A DNA stretch of 11,752 nt, taken from assembly GCA_040752695.1 (NCBI GenBank), contig JBFMGO010000146.1, forward strand, positions 1 to 11,752. Direction: 5' to 3'. The notes under the pieces were generated by a model. It did no database searches. It saw only the letters and a list, made by a program, of their open reading frames with translations, and was not told the origin of the DNA. Within the stretch, counting starts at the first letter, position 1, and the number at the start of each line of letters is the position of its first letter. Positions 9,168 through 11,752 of the stretch are shown here, piece after piece. Source of the stretch: a bacterium (lineage in GTDB: Bacteria; SZUA-182; DTGQ01). Position numbers and translations under genes: made by a program.

Positions 9168-9193
9168 ATAATTGGGCAAGATAATTGGGCAAG
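9168..9193 (+). repeat. 13-nt perfect tandem duplication ATAATTGGGCAAG x2
   Basis: Read directly; it duplicates a post-stop motif also seen after peptides 1, 2 and 4. Confidence 0.85.
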
Positions 9194-9217
9194 ATGTTGA
9201 TTATATAAAAGGGAAAG

Positions 9218-9262
9218 GCTCTTATACTCGAAGCATCAGGGTAAAATTTTGAGTATAAGAGC
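9218..9262 (+). other. Intergenic hairpin B after peptide 3
   Basis: Perfect 12-bp arms GCTCTTATACTC / GAGTATAAGAGC. Confidence 0.7.
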
Positions 9263-9424
9263 ATCCTTCCATAACCAGCCGACCAGGTTGGCAGTCAGCA
9301 GGCTGGAAAGGGGAGCCGGCTGGCCTAAAAAAGGGTTTTTCAGGGTGAATCCTGAAAAAGAGGCGGTTGCAGATTTTGATTTTGGAAGGCTGGTGAGTGA
9401 AAAGGAATTCAGTTGGTGGGCGCC

Positions 9425-9461
9425 CCTTCAGCCGGAAGCAATGGATATCGGAGGCTGAAGG
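9425..9461 (+). promoter_or_regulatory. Leader hairpin A, copy 4
   Basis: Perfect 9-bp CCTTCAGCC / GGCTGAAGG, ends 31 nt before the ATG. Confidence 0.65.
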
Positions 9462-9492
9462 TTATCATCTTAAAAACAAGGAGGTGAAAAAT

Positions 9493-9603
9493 ATGAAGAT
9501 ATCAACCAACGTAAAAGCAGGGTTTCGGGTAACTCCTTGGAGTTTGAATATTTGGACGTTCAGCGGATTAACTCCATGGTCCTGGTTCTGGTCATTTGCC
9601 TAG
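9493..9603 (+). CDS. Precursor peptide 4, 36 aa: MKISTNVKAG-FRVTPWSLNIWTFSGLTPWSWFWSFA
   Basis: RBS AAGGAGGTGA; corresponds to the 3' part of track ORF 9397..9603. Confidence 0.93.
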   Translation: MKISTNVKAGFRVTPWSLNIWTFSGLTPWSWFWSFA

Positions 9604-9669
9604 AATGTAGATGATTGGGCAAGATATGAATGCGGCAGTTTTGAACAGTATTCTGTTTTAGAGAGAAAT

Positions 9670-9709
9670 CCTCATGCCCGGAATATGGCGCATCCTTTCG
9701 GGCATGAGG
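9670..9709 (+). other. Intergenic hairpin B after peptide 4
   Basis: Perfect 11-bp arms CCTCATGCCCG / CGGGCATGAGG; the loop contains TATGGCGCATC, as in the copy after peptide 2. Confidence 0.7.
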
Positions 9710-9807
9710 TCTTTCAGAATATTTTTCGGGTGATAATAGTTCAATTGAATGGTGTAAGATAATTCGAAGGGGTGGCAGTACCATTTAAGGATAAGGAGAT
9801 GAAAAAT

Positions 9808-9918
9808 ATGAAGATATCAACGAACGTGAAAGCAGGCTTTCGTGTAACCCCCTGGAGTCTCAATATATGGTGTTCACATTTATTAACCCCATGGGGAGCA
9901 TTTTGCAGTTTCGCTTAG
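9808..9918 (+). CDS. Precursor peptide 5, 36 aa: MKISTNVKAG-FRVTPWSLNIWCSHLLTPWGAFCSFA
   Basis: Manual translation; RBS TAAGGAGATGA; absent from the ORF track. Confidence 0.92.
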   Translation: MKISTNVKAGFRVTPWSLNIWCSHLLTPWGAFCSFA

Positions 9919-9948
9919 TGTCGGGGTATTGAAAGTAAAATGTTAACC

Positions 9949-10007
9949 AAAGGATGCCCTCATGCTGAGGACAGCGTATCTTGTCCGGGCCCTGAGGGCA
10001 TCCTTTT
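9949..10007 (+). terminator. Hairpin B after peptide 5, terminator-like
   Basis: Perfect 14-bp arms AAAGGATGCCCTCA / TGAGGGCATCCTTT, inner GGACA/TGTCC, ending in TTTT. Confidence 0.55.
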
Positions 10008-10173
10008 CAGTGTTTTCCCCAAGAGCGAAAAGTCTGTCCTTTGCACCCCATTTCCTGTGTTTTGTTGAGTGGGGAGCCGGGTCATTTTGATGACGCATCT
10101 ATAGCCGCCCGGGATTGGCCATAGATAACAGATCGAAGACCGCAGATAAACATGAAAAAGGATCGGTGAAATC

Positions 10174-10281
10174 ATGAAGGTACAAGCCAGCCTTAACGCA
10201 GGAATACTCATTACCCCGTTTTTCATCTGGATTCCCTGTATTACCTATACGACTCCTTTTAGGTTTTTTCATTGGATGTAG
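10174..10281 (+). CDS. Divergent precursor peptide 6, 35 aa: MKVQASLNAG-ILITPFFIWIPCITYTTPFRFFHWM
   Basis: Manual translation. MK at 1-2, L at 7, AG at 9-10, TP-aromatic at 14-16 and 27-29, all in register with peptides 1-5. RBS-like AAGGATCGGTGAAA. Confidence 0.8.
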   Translation: MKVQASLNAGILITPFFIWIPCITYTTPFRFFHWM

Positions 10282-10322
10282 GGAAATGCATCGATGTTAA
10301 GGAGGGGCACCGAAGGAATAAT

Positions 10323-10354
10323 CCGGGAGAGCCTGGAACAGGTCCCCGGTTTTT
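10323..10354 (+). terminator. Intrinsic terminator closing the peptide array (possibly shared with the convergent amidase)
   Basis: CCGGG-a-GA-g-CCTG-gaa-CAGG-TC-CCCGG followed by TTTTT. Confidence 0.65.
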
Positions 10355-10387
10355 CTGCCTGGCATAATCTTGTTGGGTAATCTCCTG

Positions 10388-11719
10388 TCAGAACTGAGTA
10401 TTGGCAAATGCCTTCTCTTTGCTGTCTGCCGCCGATGGCTGGGTAAGGAGCGGTTCTTCTTGCTCTCCCCTGGTGAGGTAGGTCAGGACAGATGTTGCCA
10501 GTTGCTGTACAATATGCTGGCGGCCCTCCCTGCTCAGGAGTTTTTTTTCGTCCTTTTGGTTCGTGATATAGCCGATCTCGAGTAAGGCGGAAGGAATTGA
10601 AGGAGATTTGAGAACTGCGAAATTGGCACATCTGATTCCCTGGTTTTGGAATCCTGAGTCTTGCAGCCCCTGAAGAGTAGCGTTGCAGATCTGGACACTT
10701 TCATTGATGGTATAGGTTTGCACCAGATCGATGAGGATGGTATTGACAAGCTTATCCTCACTCAGTTTTACTCCGGCTATAAGGTCCGAGGAGTTCTCCC
10801 GTGCGGCCAAAAGATCTGAAGCCTTGTCGCTGGCACCTGTTTCGGACAAATAGAAGACAGATGCGCCATGCACCTCTTTCCTCGTGCTGGCATTGGTGTG
10901 AAGGCTGATAAAGAGGTCGGCCTTCTTTTTATGGGCGATAGTGATTCTTTTGCGAAGCGGGATAAAATAGTCTCCATCCCGGGTCAGGTGGATCTGGATA
11001 GAGGGATTTTTTTGTTCAAGATAATTTTTAAGGTCCCTGGCAATCTGAAGGACAATATCTTTCTCTTTGGTTCCGTTGCGGCTGATGGCTCCGGGGTCCG
11101 CGCCGCCATGTCCCGGATCAATGACCACAATCCTTTTCTTAGGCTTTTTCTCGGGCGTGGCGGACACAGGCTTTTCTTTCACCTGCTGGTTTGATTCCTG
11201 CTGCTTTGGCACCTCCTGCTGCTGCACCTTTTGGTTCGGTTCCTGCTGCTTTTGTTGCTCCTGTTGCTTCTTTTGTTCCCGTTGCTCTTGCTGCTTCTGC
11301 TGCTCGAAAAAATCGGCCACAAGCCGGTGTGGCATTTCCTGATTGGGTTTAAGGGTAAAGATCTTGCAGTCGGCAAGATGATCCAGGGAAATCTGAACAA
11401 GAAGACCGGAAGGTTTATTTTTGTCAATGATTTTTACCTGCCTGACAAGGGAATGCTTCAGGGCGATCGAGTCTTTTTGAATGATATTTTCACAATCCAG
11501 AAGCTCGATAAAGAATGATTGTCGGTCATCGGAAAAATAATGTTTGAAGCGGGCGGCTTGAGAGAGGTCGAAAACTACTCTGGTGTAGCCCTTGGAAGAG
11601 GAATAGCGTACCTTTACCAGGCGGGAAGATGCCGAGGCCGAGGCCAGGCAGTTGAGAAAAAATGCAAAAATAATGACAGCGGCACTGAAAGGAGCCGCTC
11701 TTGAAGTATGTTTTTTCAT
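10388..11719 (-). CDS. N-acetylmuramoyl-L-alanine amidase (signal peptide + AMIN-like domain + Amidase_3; AmiB/AmiC-like)
   Basis: IVVIDPGHGGADPGA, EKDIVL, LTRDGDYFIPLRKR, FISLHTN, ANFAVLK, LLEIGYITN; N-terminal 'YTRVVFDL...HRLVADF' AMIN-like region. Confidence 0.95.
   Translation of the reverse strand: MKKHTSRAAPFSAAVIIFAFFLNCLASASASSRLVKVRYSSSKGYTRVVFDLSQAARFKHYFSDDRQSFFIELLDCENIIQKDSIALKHSLVRQVKIIDKNKPSGLLVQISLDHLADCKIFTLKPNQEMPHRLVADFFEQQKQQEQREQKKQQEQQKQQEPNQKVQQQEVPKQQESNQQVKEKPVSATPEKKPKKRIVVIDPGHGGADPGAISRNGTKEKDIVLQIARDLKNYLEQKNPSIQIHLTRDGDYFIPLRKRITIAHKKKADLFISLHTNASTRKEVHGASVFYLSETGASDKASDLLAARENSSDLIAGVKLSEDKLVNTILIDLVQTYTINESVQICNATLQGLQDSGFQNQGIRCANFAVLKSPSIPSALLEIGYITNQKDEKKLLSREGRQHIVQQLATSVLTYLTRGEQEEPLLTQPSAADSKEKAFANTQF
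11183..11305 (-). repeat. Gln/Glu/Lys-rich low-complexity linker in the amidase
   Basis: EQQKQQEQREQKKQQEQQKQQEPNQKVQQQEVPKQQESNQQ between the AMIN-like and catalytic domains. Confidence 0.8.
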
Positions 11720-11752
11720 GAAAGTGGCTCAAGAGGCGATTGATAAGAGAAT

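Noticed and set aside
8271..9492. N-terminal extensions of track ORFs 8271..8507, 8899..9159 and 9397..9603, and ORFs 8587..8880 and 9249..9458
   Set aside because: The extensions are not conserved between paralogues and run through hairpins; strong SD sequences sit right before the MK starts. ORF 8587..8880 is an off-frame overlap of peptide 2.
8908..9700. Sigma-54 promoters at TGGCGCATC (8910, 9686)
   Set aside because: The GG is not followed by GC at the required 10-nt spacing (TC and CG are found), and both sites lie in hairpin loops.
8397..9918. Type IV prepilin-like (class III) signal, since K-A-G|F resembles the prepilin peptidase site
   Set aside because: No Glu at +5 (Pro instead), Arg at +2, prolines break any N-terminal helix, no pilus genes nearby, and an intact C39 transporter is adjacent. 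Not formally excluded.
8321..10281. CRISPR array or non-coding repeat as the explanation for the periodic region
   Set aside because: Units are 315-444 nt, the conserved part is a reading frame with synonymous variation and an RBS, and no cas genes are present.
11067..11518. Cys-rich (11067..11342) and poly-Leu (11231..11518) + strand ORFs that look like RiPP precursors or signal peptides
   Set aside because: They are antisense readings of the CAG/CAA-rich amidase linker.

Overview
The window holds a compact peptide-export locus. A three-gene + strand operon (HlyD-type membrane fusion protein, an ABC transporter with an intact C39 peptidase, and a second ABC transporter with a degenerate N-terminal domain) is followed by six tandem small ORFs of 35-36 aa (8397-10281). 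The ORF track misses three of these and over-extends the other three. All six share a very short basic leader ending in Ala-Gly (MKISTN[V/L]KAG-like) and a hydrophobic, Trp/Phe-rich core with two Thr-Pro-aromatic motifs exactly 13 residues apart. The spacers carry recurring stem-loops with G-U and compensatory substitutions. No modifying enzyme or immunity gene is recognisable in the window. The flanks are the 5' end of a divergent probable MFS transporter and a convergent N-acetylmuramoyl-L-alanine amidase. All calls come from reading motifs by eye; no searches were run.
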